Assembly: GCA_051294375.1 (NCBI GenBank)
Contig: JBJCIZ010000089.1
Coordinates: 2,441 to 41,073 of the forward strand
DNA from: Paraspadella gotoi
Lineage: Eukaryota; Animalia; Chaetognatha
Direction: 5' to 3'
Length of the DNA: 38,633 nucleotides
In this document: in pieces, positions 11,972 through 23,163 of the stretch
Layout: each line of letters starts with the position of its first letter
Numbering within the stretch: the first letter of the stretch is position 1
Notes under the pieces: generated by a model
The model's input: only the letters and a program-made list of their open reading frames with translations
The model's database searches: none
What the model was told of the DNA's origin: nothing
Position numbers and translations under genes: made by a program

Positions 11972-14900
11972 TCCTGCCGTGTTGCTGTGAGAGAGATTGA
12001 TGCGATGACATTTGATTGCGATAATAACCCAAAAATAATCAGAATTTTTTAAAAAAACGAACGATCACGCAATTAGATCGTTAAGGAGAGAGTGAACACG
12101 ACTTAGACGAGAGACAGAGAGATGACATAGAGATGAGACACAGACAGAGAGAGACAGAGGCGAGAGAGACCGCAAACAAATATTTAGAACGTGATAGAAA
12201 TAAAATGTTTTGCTTAGAGTGTGATTAAGTGATCAATTAACTTTTTTTTAAATTAAAATAAGACGAATTTTCAATAATATGCCGTCAAAAATTTACTAAA
12301 TCCTATTAACAATATATAGTGAAAAATACTCAGTTAAACGACTATTTTCAGAATAAAAGCGCAGTAGTTTTTATTAAAAAAGTAGCGTGACGACGACGAC
12401 GACGCCGACGACGACGACGTACAAAGAAGCTGACCTGAATCATATCGAGCCGGAAGCGCTCGATAAAAAACTATAACATACAACAATTTGTATTTAATTA
12501 TTAGAATTTAAGTTGTTAAGTTTCAGGAAATTATTATTTTGTGATGCTTTCTTTCCTTGAGTTGTGAAATTAGTTTGAAAGAAGAAATTTTGTTTTGTGT
12601 TAAAAAACAACGATTTTTTAAAATAGAAACAAATTAATGTACATGTTTAGACTTATTTGTAAGTCTTCTTCAGCTGCGAATTTAAATGATTATTAGTTTG
12701 TTTTTAAGTGAAAAAGACGAGAGAGGAGAGAGAGAAGAGAGAGGGGTTTCCAACAGAAGAATTTGAAAAAGGACAGTGCTTGTTAAATATTTTGCCGTGT
12801 TTCACGTTTTCCAAAAATCGTTGCTCTTTTGCCTAAAATGTTTGACTATAATCTGAGTGAAGAAACTTACCTTTTGTGAGAGAAAGTAAGAATTATATTA
12901 GTAGTTTCTCAGCTTTTACGAAGCGTGAAGCAGGTTTGTTTTAGATTGTTTCTTTACTTGATTTAATTTTGTATTAAGTTTTTTATTAAAATTTTCCCCC
13001 TTATTAATATTATCTTTTTAATAGTTCTCCAAGCCGTTCCATGCCGTATCTATGTCGTTCAATCCGCAATGTTCATTACTCTAATGCCGTTCAATTCTTT
13101 TCTTCTGCCGTTCAAATGCCGTTTCAATGCCCTTTCAATGCCGTTGATATCTATTGATTCTACAATTGGGTTGATTAACAATTGTAACATTACAAGCCGC
13201 TTTCACTGCACACGATATCGTCGCTTTTATTAGTCATGCTTTTTATCGAGAACTCTACAGTGCTTGTTTTGAGACAGATTAAGCATTGAGGACAATTAGA
13301 GTGAAGGGAGAGTGAAGTTGACAATGCAATGGGAAAATGTTACATCGGGCCATGACACTTTTTTAAAATTAAGTTTTCCTAGAAAGATTCGACATTGTTA
13401 TTAAGCCGCAAGCTTTTAATCAAGAGAGCATATCGATAAAAATTATCTTAGAAACACTTTTCATGGCTAAATGTGATATTGATGTGTGTCGAATAATTCT
13501 ACCAATTTGGAAGTAGTAAAATAATTTTCTTTTTTTAACTATTTTTTTTAGCAGTGCAAATAGATATAATCGTACGTGGACGTCTGTTCGTAACAATTTT
13601 TCTGTTGAAACTTATTAAATATATATATAAGAATTATCATTTATCTTTATCACAGAAAGAACAATTGGTACTGTATTGCTAAATCAAATTTAAATACTTT
13701 TTTTTAAATTATGCCATATAATTTTGATAATAAAGTTTTGAGTTGCCTTTTTTTTCGAACTGTTTGACATTTGGTGTCAGCAAGTGGATCTGGGCATTGG
13801 GCAAGCTTATACAACTCCCGCTTCTTTTAAGTATTTTTAAACAACTTATATTAACGTTTTAGGCAATTGTCAGGTTGAAAGTAATTGCTTGTATAACAAA
13901 AACTTAAAGAAAAAAACAATTTTAAATTTGGGCTTAAAACTAAAGAAGGTTTATAGTATTTATTATAGTTTCATCATGTTTTATTTCTGTTTGTTTACTA
14001 AAAATTATTTTATAATGTTTTTTTCATAAAAGTATTGAAGATGCGAAATAAAACGACTTTTCGTCTTCTCTCATTCATAGTGACTTTTTTATCCGGGATG
14101 CATTGCTACAGCGACGATCCGGATCTAGCTACGACATTCTCGACGTTTAAGTATTCGGTCGCGGCTTTGGTGTATCGTGCCCCCAATCTTGTCGGGCTTT
14201 CATTATAGAACATTCAAAATTATGATAAATCTATCGTAGGCAGTATGAGGCTAAAATGGTTTGGTGGTATATCTATCAAACGGAAGCTTCGTATTATATA
14301 TTGTGTGCATTAGTAAAACGGATCATGATGTCTCCGGCTTTAGATGACGACAAGCGCCTTGCTTCAGCAGTTCAGAAGTGAACTATGGGTACGTGATGAA
14401 GATCCTATGCAGCAAAAAAAGTTTGATGTCGTCCGTCCGTTTGGTCTGTCCAATCCTGTTCTGTATCATTGTCCGATTCCCACCGAATGATGCAAAAAAA
14501 CGCAATCAACTTAGGATTTGTGGTAGGATTGTAGATAGAATTCTGTATGTGTAGGTAGAGAAAAATTGTTGTGATATTGAGGTAGGAAAGTAAATTCGTT
14601 GGCAATCGTCGTAGCTCGGACGTAGTATTGATCTTTGGATGGTAAGGAATATAAGTTACAGACGTCAGCATCTATTTCATGATGTTATCGATGCTTTCTG
14701 GAATTATTTTAAAGTACATTCAGTGATTTACATAGTATATTTTCAGACTAATGATAATATAGCAAGCCGCCGAGCTGAGCCGGATGAAACACCACGTCAC
14801 AAGTCGAGATCCTTATCACCTTATGACAAATAGGATTCAGTGTATGTTGTATATTAATGTGGAATTAATCGTGAATTATCGTGGATGGTTGAGTCACATG

Positions 14901-15384
14901 TACTATGAACTAATTATAGATTTGCTCATGTCGACTAATTTACGTCTGTGTTGGCTCCCAGCGAGCTTACTGCGCATCCCGAAATCATCTATTGCATTAG
15001 TTAATCATGTTGATAATTGATAGGCTGTTTTACTTTAGAGGCCTCGTGAGCTACTTGGGAAAGATAAGCAGATTAACACAGATAGGATTTGAGTGTTTAT
15101 TAGTCGTACTGCTCTGCAACGGATGCATAGAGTGGCACAATAGATCAAGTCTATAGTTTAATTTTATAGAGAGAGTCTGTGGAAGTTGCAGTAGTCTCCT
15201 AGATGCTATAAGTTCTGCACGTTCAGATCTAAGATGTGAGATACGCATGTTGAACTATTTAATAGTACGCGCTTACCTGCGTAAGCTCTGAGTACTCAGT
15301 GATGTAGATCAGTAGACCGTAATCTGGCATCTGCGTATCCGACCAAGTGGGTTTCGAGTAGTCGACAGTGTGACCGAGATTAAT

Positions 15385-15835
15385 TCCCTTGCTTTCTTTT
15401 TTCCCCTTGTCTTCGTCTTCTTTTCATTCTTTCTGTCTGTCTTCTTTCCATCTCTGTCTTGGCTGTTTTCTTCTTTCGTTCTTTTCTCTTTCTCTTTCTT
15501 TCTGGTTTTCTTTTTTCTCTCTTTCTTTCTCGTTTTCTTCTTTCTCTCTTTTCTTCTCGTTTCTTTCTCTCTTTCTTCTCTTTCTTTTTCTCTCTTTCTT
15601 TTCTTCTTTTTCTTTTCTCTCCTCCGTTCTTCTCCTTTCTTTCTCGTTTTCTTTTTCTCTCTCTTTACTTCGTTATTCTTTTTCTCTCTTTTACGTTTCT
15701 TTCTCCTTTTTCCTTTCGCTCTTCTCACTCGCTCCTTTTCTCTTTCTTTCTTTTCTTTCTTTTTTTCTTTCTTTCTTGTTCTGTTTCTTTGCTTTCTTTT
15801 TCTATTCTTTCTTTCTGTTCAGTCGTTTTCCCTTA
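15385..15835 (+). repeat. Polypyrimidine tract (copy of 9125-9565)
   Basis: Same composition and same downstream CAGTCGTTTTCCCTTATA flank. Confidence 0.95.
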
Positions 15836-15896
15836 TATAAAAGTTCATATCATTCTTTCTTACATTACTGAGCACTGTTAATTTTAGTACGCAGTA

Positions 15897-16752
15897 TAAT
15901 TTAAATAAGATTTCTTCAATACATGTACATTTGTCCCCCTTTGTTATTGTTCTTCAACAATTCTCTAGGAAGCAAATACATACCAAAATCCACTTTGCAT
16001 AATGCAGTATTCAAAATTTTCTCTAGATTTTAATAGTATTAAGTGTATTAAAACTTTAAGCATAATTTTTGGTCATTAAATTTTAACCAAACAAGCATTT
16101 TATATTTTAAAAAATAAAGTATCTTTACTCAGTTAAAGGGGGTGTTGAGTGTGCTCCCAGATCCTTCAAGAGAGGCTCTCTTGAAATCATGGCTTAATTC
16201 ATGCAATTTTTTTGGACTGACCAATTTTTCACACATCAGCCTGTATGTAAATATCCAAAAATGTAATTTAAAATAGTAATTTTATGAATAAAAAAAAAAA
16301 AGGAACAGAAGTATCCTCCAGGATGTAACCACACCACTAATAAAAATCAAATGTTGTTGATTTATATAGAGGAACATATTAGTTGTAAAACTATGTCAAG
16401 TAAGAGTCTACCCTGAATGGTTAGGAATTATAAGCAATGATGTTATCAACTCCACATCCTCCAGCATGCTGTGGACCAGTGAAGCTGTGGATGAAAGAAG
16501 CACTTCAAATTGACGTGAAATCATCTTTGATGTACCCAAAATCAAAAAGTTGAGTGGACCGCTAAACAAGTTATATTTTTCAAACAATTAATTTTTAGTC
16601 AAAGGTGTGCCAAAAATCCTTTAAGCAAGGGTAGTGCTAAGGGTGTTGAAGCAAATTCGATGAGATTTTGGGCAAACATACTTTTTATACCCCCACATAT
16701 TGTGCGGATGTAAATTGAGCTACTATGATTTTGAAATTTTTGGCACACCCTA
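15897..16752 (-). repeat. Right terminal inverted repeat, copy 2
   Basis: Reverse complement of 3996-4912; ends ATTTTTGGCACACCCTA. Confidence 0.9.
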
Positions 16753-16978
16753 GGGATTTCCTCCCACGCGGGATTACTCCCACACAGGGATTCCTCCACA
16801 CGCCGATTCCTCCCACGCGGGATTCCTCCCACACGGCGGTTTCCTCCCACACAGGATTCCTGCCACACGGGATTTCCTCCCACACAGGATTCCTCCCACC
16901 ACGGGATTCCTCCCACGCAGGATTCCTCCCACACGGGATTCCTCCACACGCGATTTCCTCCAACACGGATTCCTCCCC
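16753..16978 (+). repeat. 17-bp array, C-rich, right half of the interrupted array
   Basis: GGATTCCTCCCACAC units resume directly after the TIR. Confidence 0.95.
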
Positions 16979-17221
16979 TTAAATTGTGGATAACTTTCTT
17001 GTTGCCATGTTCTTTGTTTCAAGGAAAAAAATTGATTTCATTTAAAATAAAACCTTTGTGTGTGGTAGGAAAGTATGTGATAAAGCTGAATATAAATTTT
17101 TTTGATGTAATCGTAGTTGTGGAAGAGAGTTCAAATTAGAAAACCAAAAGACACATTTTATTTGATTTTTTTTTAAAGTTTTCTCTCTCTCTATCTCTCT
17201 CTGATTGATTGATTGATTATT

Positions 17222-17416
17222 GATGACCAAATTATTGCCAATTGACAAAAATGCCAGTTGACCAAATTCTGCAGTGTTAACCAAATTATGCCAGTTGACC
17301 AAATTATGCCTGTTGTGACCAAATTATGCCAGGTTTACCAAATTTTGTCAGTTGACCAAAGTATGCCAGTTGACCAAATAATGCAAGTTGATTAAATTAT
17401 GCAAGTTGACCAAGTT
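17222..17416 (+). repeat. 18-bp minisatellite (GTTGACCAAATTATGCCA); inverted copy at ~27015-27200
   Basis: About ten degenerate units. Confidence 0.85.
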
Positions 17417-17484
17417 AGCTTATTACCACTTAATTATCGTAGGCAGATCCGACATTGTTTGCTCAAACTTGTTTTTTTTTATTT

Positions 17485-18135
17485 GGACGTGGGAGAAATC
17501 CCGCGTGGGAGGAATTCCGTTGTGGAAGAGCCGAATCCGACGTGGGAGGAATCCCGTAGTGGGAGGAATCCTCGTGTATGGGAGGAATCCCCGTGGGGGA
17601 ATCCCGTGTGGCAGGAATCCGGTGGAGGAATCCCGCATGGAGGAATCCCGCGTGGGAGAATCCCACTGTGGAGGAATCCCGCGTGGAGGAATCCAGTGTG
17701 GGCGAATCCCGCGTGGAGGAATCCCGCTATGGGAGGAATCCCGCGTGGGGAATTCCTGTTGGAGGAATCTCGTCGTGGGACAGGAATCTCGTGTGGAGGA
17801 ATCCCGTGTGGGAGGAATCCCGCATGGGAGAATCTCTGGGAGGAATCCCGTGTGGGAGCGAATTCCCGCGTGCGAGGAATCACCGGCTTTGGGAGGAAAT
17901 TCCATGGGGAGGAATTCTGTGTGGGCAGAGAAATCCCATGTGGGAGGCAATCCCGGTCGTGGGAGGAATTCCTTTGAGGAATCCCGTGTGGGAGGAATTC
18001 CGTGAGAATCCCGGTGTGGGAGCAATTCCATGGGAGAATCCTTGGGGAGAATTCCCCGTGTGGGAGAAACCCTGTTGTGGAAGGAACCCCGTGTAGAATC
18101 CCGCGTGGAGTAACCTGAGGAATCCCATGGAACCA
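17485..18135 (-). repeat. 17-bp array, G-rich orientation (GTGTGGGAGGAATCCC)
   Basis: Direct reading. Confidence 0.95.
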
Positions 18136-18859
18136 AATTATTATGCTGACGACATACATTCAAATATTGGCCATCGCCAGATTGAATCAGGAACCAAGAA
18201 TGGGATTCGGGATCCGCGACCGGATGAAGATCTAACGAGGACTCTGGTATTGGATAACATCATCATCCAAAACGGCTATGGAGAATAAATATACTATCTA
18301 GGAAAAAAGGTACTATAACATAATTCATTTAATTCAATAAATAAGTATATAAAAATGGTCGTATAAAAAGTTAAACCCGTGGCAACGAAAATGTCATCAC
18401 CACAGGTGGTATTTTTAACCTCTCTTCTAATAAATATTTTTCGTGTAGTTTTCCCTTGATAATTGACCTTTCAAAAAAAAATCATATCGGGCTATTCAGT
18501 GGGCTGCTATCCGCAACTTCTTTAACCCCTCTCGCAGCCATGGAACTGATCATGGGCTTGGAAAAAAAATTAGAGTCATTTTTTTAAATAAAAAACACAT
18601 AGTTTGTAAACAAATAAACTTTATTTTCTCTTTAGGTAAAAACGCAACGAAAAGAAAGTCTTAACACAAAGAACTAACTATAATTACTTATATAGCAAGT
18701 TTTACCGGGTGGCACAATTTCTTTTGACTTTTAAAGGGCTCGCCAAATCCTTTATGGTGGGGCCCGTAATTTGGTTCTATGCCCGTCGTTTTGACTACTA
18801 TAAAACTCTTTTTTTTTAGTTTTCAACATTGTTATGATTCTTTCTTTTCGTTGTGTTTA

Positions 18860-19104
18860 GAATTTAGGAAAAAACAGTTTTAAAAGGCAACAACGATTTT
18901 ATTGTTGTAGATCGCACAAGTTTCGACTCTGTCTTAAGAGTCTTCATCTTCACCTGTCCTCACATCTGACCACTGTCCTTTCTAAATTCTTTTTTGAAAT
19001 CTCCCTCTTTCTATCTCTCTCTCTCTCCAAAACTAATATTAAAGAGAGAAAATTGTTGATTATTAAAATCGCTGATGAAGACTCTTAAGACAGAGTCGAA
19101 ACTT
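18860..19104. mobile_element. Back-to-back inverted Penelope-like pseudo-LTR fragments with hammerhead cores; duplicate at ~28830-29080
   Basis: Perfect 31-bp inverted repeat, 18918-18948 vs 19074-19104 (GATGAAGACTCTTAAGACAGAGTCGAAACTT). CTGATGA at 19072-19078. Confidence 0.75.
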
Positions 19105-19114
19105 AGACTACTTT

Positions 19115-19750
19115 GGTGGCAGTGGTATTCCTCCCACACGGGATTCCTCTCAACTGGATTCCTCCCACACGGGAATCCTCCCCATGGGATTCCTCCTACA
19201 CGGGATTCCTCCCCGCGGGATACCTCCCACACAGAATTCCTCCCCAAGGAATTTTTCCCACACGGGATTCCTCCCCATGGAATTCCTCCCACGCGGGATT
19301 CCTCCTACACGAGATTGCCTCTCACACAGGATATCTCCAGTGGATTTCCTCCACACGGGATTCCTCCCAAACAGGATTCCTTCCATGAGGGATTCCTCCC
19401 ACACCAATAATTCTCCCAACACAGGATTCCTCCCACACGGATTCCCCCACACAAGATTCTCCCCCACACAGGATTCCTCCCTTAAATTATGATTAACTTT
19501 CTTGTTGCATGGAGGGAGGAAACTGTGGGGAGGAACCCGGGAGGGAAGGAATCCCGCTAGGGAGGAATCCCGCGAATGGAGGAAATCCTATGAAGGAATC
19601 CCGTGTGGGAAGAATTTCTTTTGGGAGGAATCCCGTGTGGGGAGCAATTCTATTGGAGGAACCCGTGTGGGAGGAAACCCTGTGGGAGGAATCCGGCAGG
19701 GAGAAATCCTGTTGGGAAGTAATCCGTGTGGAGGAAATCCAATGAAAACC
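19115..19750. repeat. Inverted pair of 17-bp arrays (C-rich 19127-19481, G-rich 19510-19742); duplicate at ~29090-29705
   Basis: Arrays face each other across an ~30-bp spacer that matches 16977-17010. Confidence 0.9.
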
Positions 19751-20669
19751 TTATTATATATAATTATTATCAGGTTGGTTGTACCAATTTCATTAAATAT
19801 GTTCATAAAACTTTTCTCCGGATATGAATTAGATAAGCAAAGTTGAGATCCTAGAAATCAGAAAGGAAAATAGATTGTTAAGTAGGTGCAATATAATTAA
19901 TAATATATATCCATCGCAGGAAGACTCAACCTCACAAAAGGGAAATCAAATATAAAATCAGAACCAAGATCAAAATAAAGATCGGAAGGTATAGGATAAA
20001 ATCCAGATTTCAAATCATTGGATGTGATATGTTCGAGAGGCAGAGAATCGGATACGACCAATCAGCTTCAGAATAATGGAAACTGTGCAAAATCACTACT
20101 TTGCCTCGATCCTACTTCTCTAGATATAAAAATAGACCTAGCTTCCCGTAGTTCAGTTATAATTGATCTGGACTCCTGTGTATCCACCGTCACATTTTTC
20201 TCAGAATAAATCACGTTCAATTCGTCCGATTTTTTCTTTCAATGTGTGGCAAGCCTTGCGATTCGAAACAACGCCTCCTCAGATGACTGATATATATCAT
20301 ACATCTGTTTTTTTTAACCATGCATCGAAATTTCACAATCCGTCAGTTCTATATAATTTTAACAGCTTAACGATAACAAGGTTCGCAATACAGATTGCAT
20401 TAGACTACGCACAATTACCGGAATTGGCGTGGACTATTACAATATTCAAATTTTTTATTTTTTCTAATGCAAATTAGGCATACGTGTTTTTTACTTAGCC
20501 TGCAATTAGTATATATTATTTATGTAAATTTTAGAGAGAATACCCTATTTTTAAGTTTTCCAGGTGAAGCGAGAAGAGAAACCATATCCCTGCATCAAAC
20601 AGTTAATCAGATTTATAATTTTCTTTGCTTTCCTTATTTGTGGTATTCCTTTCGGTTCGGTTGTGTTTT

Positions 20670-20930
20670 GGTATTTAGCGAAAACAAAGTTAGATTTGTA
20701 CTTACAACATTTTATTTAATATAACAGACATGTTTCGACCTCTTGTTCGAGTCTTCATCAATGTTTTTGACAGACTATCAAAAATTTTTTCAAAAGTAAA
20801 TGTGAGAGAGAGAGAGAGACAGAGTTAAAGTTTCCAACAAAGTGGTGAGACAGAATAGCGGTCAGAGGTGAGGACAGAAGTGAAATGGTCAAACAGAGAG
20901 AGAGAGAGACAGAGAGAGAGAGACAGATCC
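20670..20930 (-). mobile_element. Penelope-like remnant with hammerhead motif at 20723-20765 (C3>T); duplicate at ~30610-30865
   Basis: Minus strand: CTGTCCTCACCTCTGACC..TGTTGGAAAC..AACA-TTGATGA-A-GACTC..GAGGTC-GAAA-CATG-TC-TGTT..AATAAA. Confidence 0.75.
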
Positions 20931-21059
20931 AGCAATAAAAAAATTATCATTTATACCATTATGTGACATCCTTTCTTTCGTCGCGTTTTTGAATTAGAAA
21001 GAGTTTGAAGTAGTTCAAACAACGATTTTTCTTTAAACAGTGAAAAATTTTTTTTTCAA

Positions 21060-21310
21060 TATCTATCTCTCTCTCTCTGGCCTAAACCTAACCTGTCTTC
21101 ACCTCGACCTCTATCCTTTTCTCAAATCTTTGTTTAAAATTTTTCTCTCTCTTTTTCTCTCTCTCTCTTTTCCCTTACTCTCACCTAATTCTCACTCTCT
21201 CTTCCTTTCTCTCCTCTCTCTCCCAAATATTTGTTGAGAAGTAAAAAACTGTTGACAATTCATAAATGCGGATGAAGACTTGAATTAAAGGTTGATAGGT
21301 TCATAGTAGA
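21060..21310 (+). mobile_element. Highly degenerate Penelope-like remnant
   Basis: ACCTGTCTTCACCTCGACC leader, CT-rich tract and GCGGATGAAGACTT at ~21268; hammerhead core broken. Confidence 0.4.
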
Positions 21311-22335
21311 ATTTAAAAGTTCATTTTTATTACTTTCATACTAATATTTTGATTCTTATAAACAAATCATTTTTCAAGGCAGTTCTTTTGTAGTTTGCTT
21401 CTCTCTCTTTCTCTCTCTCTCTCTTTTTCTGGAACAATTTACCTTTACTCTGGACTGCCTTTTAAAATGATTAGTTCATAAGAATCAAAATGTTTGCAAA
21501 AAAGTAAGAAAATTATACTTATAAATCCCACCACGAATTGCTTAATACTAAATATTTTTTTATTCCTTAGTTTATATGCTTAATACTAAATCATTATTTC
21601 CTGTGCAAATGATGTCTCTTCAACAACGGATAAAGAAATAATATTAATTCTGAATTTTAACAGTTACTAAGAACGAATCTTTGTAAATGATATTTATTTT
21701 GTCTATTAGAGCTATGATAGTTTTTTATATATAATGATAATTCTTTTGATACACTATAATATGACAAGAAAAAACCATTATATTTTTAGTGATCAAAAAC
21801 TATAATATTGCGTATTTTATCACTTTTGCGTACTTCCGGTTTTGGACACGCCCACTATGGGGTAAGAAGCTTTTTTTTAAAAAAATTTTAAAGTAAAACT
21901 ATTAAATATAGAGTAACTTAAAATTGTAGGCAATATTATTTTTATAAAATATTTTCTATCTGCAATTAAAAAAAGAGAAAAATTCCATGTTTTAGTCACG
22001 TCCAACTTCCGGTCAATTGTGCGTAGGTCTAACTGCAAAATCTGATTGAGGACACCTTGTTAATCGTTTTAAGCACTTAAAATTATACTAGAAACTGTAC
22101 AGGATTGTGAAAATTTTCGACTGCATGGTTAAAAAAACAGTGTAATATATATATATATAAAGAAAGAAAATTAAAATCGTTAACTTTTAATATGCTAATT
22201 CCTGAGAAATTATTTTTCTCACCTCCTCAAACGCCCGGTCACAAAACGTTACCTTGGATTCTTTTTTGTATTGTTTGTTTACTTATGCATTATGTAAACT
22301 AAGTTTTTTTCTTTCCTCGCCTTATAAAATGAATG

Positions 22336-22518
22336 CCACCTTGTACAATTAGCCATTTGATTACTTCTCTTTTCTGATTCCCCTAATACGATAGATGAGC
22401 AAAGTTGAGATCCTGAGAAATAGAAAGGAAAATATATTGTTCAAGTGGCTATTTAATAATATAATATAATAGCCACCTTGTAACAATTAGCCAATTTGAT
22501 TACATTCGCTTCTCTGAT
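22336..22518 (+). repeat. ~45-bp direct repeat with 136-bp period; the intervening sequence also occurs at ~19830-19905
   Basis: GCCACCTTGT(A)ACAATTAGCCA at 22336 and 22472; AGCAAAGTTGAGATCCT at ~22398 and ~19836. Confidence 0.7.
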
Positions 22519-23123
22519 TTTAATAATCGATCATTTCGCTTTAATCGCCATTTTAATCTCGACCACCATCACTGTAAACTAGTCATTTAAGAGTACTGAA
22601 TGCAATTTAAAAAAAAATTTAATGTCCGAACGTATGTCAGTAAACCATATTGTCATATGCAGCCCCCTCAACCTCTTCCTCTCTCTGGGAAGTTTGTTTT
22701 TCAATTTCAATTTCTCTGGGATCCAGTATCGCGTTCCGGGATCGAGAATCACTCCACTTTCTTATTTATAGCGCGTATTAGTATCAGGGCAACGATGCTT
22801 TTAAGCGTTATTTAGCTCCTTAACGACATCTATTTATCTAATTTTTTCCTAGGCTTTTAAAAAGTTTTTATAAAGGGCACTTTTAATTGTAACGTAAAGT
22901 TATATCCGAAAATAATAACGAGCAACAATTGGCAAAATTACATTGTTAAATATCTCGCGATCGGACCTTATCGAAAGCATGGTAATTTTACCCTTACGCT
23001 GATCCGGTGTTTGTTTAAAGTACAAAAATGCAATAAAACGAATTAATAATTACAATCAACCATTATGAATATACTCTTGGCAAAATGATTTTTGTTTCAC
23101 AACGAATTTTATTTAATCAATAA

Positions 23124-23163
23124 ACGTACATGTTCGGCTTTGGATGCAAGCCTTCTTCAGCGC
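23124..23163 (-). ncRNA. Minimal type I hammerhead ribozyme (one A missing from GAAA)
   Basis: GCG-CTGAAGA-A-GGCTT-GCATCCA-AAGCC-GAA-CATG-TA-CGT; stems I and II pair. Confidence 0.75.

Larger units (their letters stand above)
3996..16752. mobile_element. DNA-transposon-like element with ~0.9-kb TIRs (unit ~6.5 kb; interior and right TIR represented twice), hAT- or MULE-like
   Basis: 3996-4912 is the reverse complement of 9622-10504 and of 15897-16752. Termini are TAGGG...CCCTA. Flanks GGGATTCC (3988-3995) and GGGATTTC (16753-16760). Uninterrupted empty site near 27660. Confidence 0.7.
11997..16752 (+). repeat. Direct duplicate of ~5321-10504
   Basis: Collinear match (GCGATAATAACCCAAAAA, hairpin, hammerhead, CT tract, TIR) with many 1-bp indels. 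Confidence 0.9.

Noticed and set aside
9072-15881. Phe/Leu/Ser-rich membrane-like ORFs and a Lys/Arg/Glu-rich antisense ORF
   Set aside because: Artefacts of the polypyrimidine tracts.
21830-22015. Two ACTTCCGG Ets-like motifs and a CACGCCCAC box as a promoter
   Set aside because: No associated gene or start site; such short words also occur in repeat elements.
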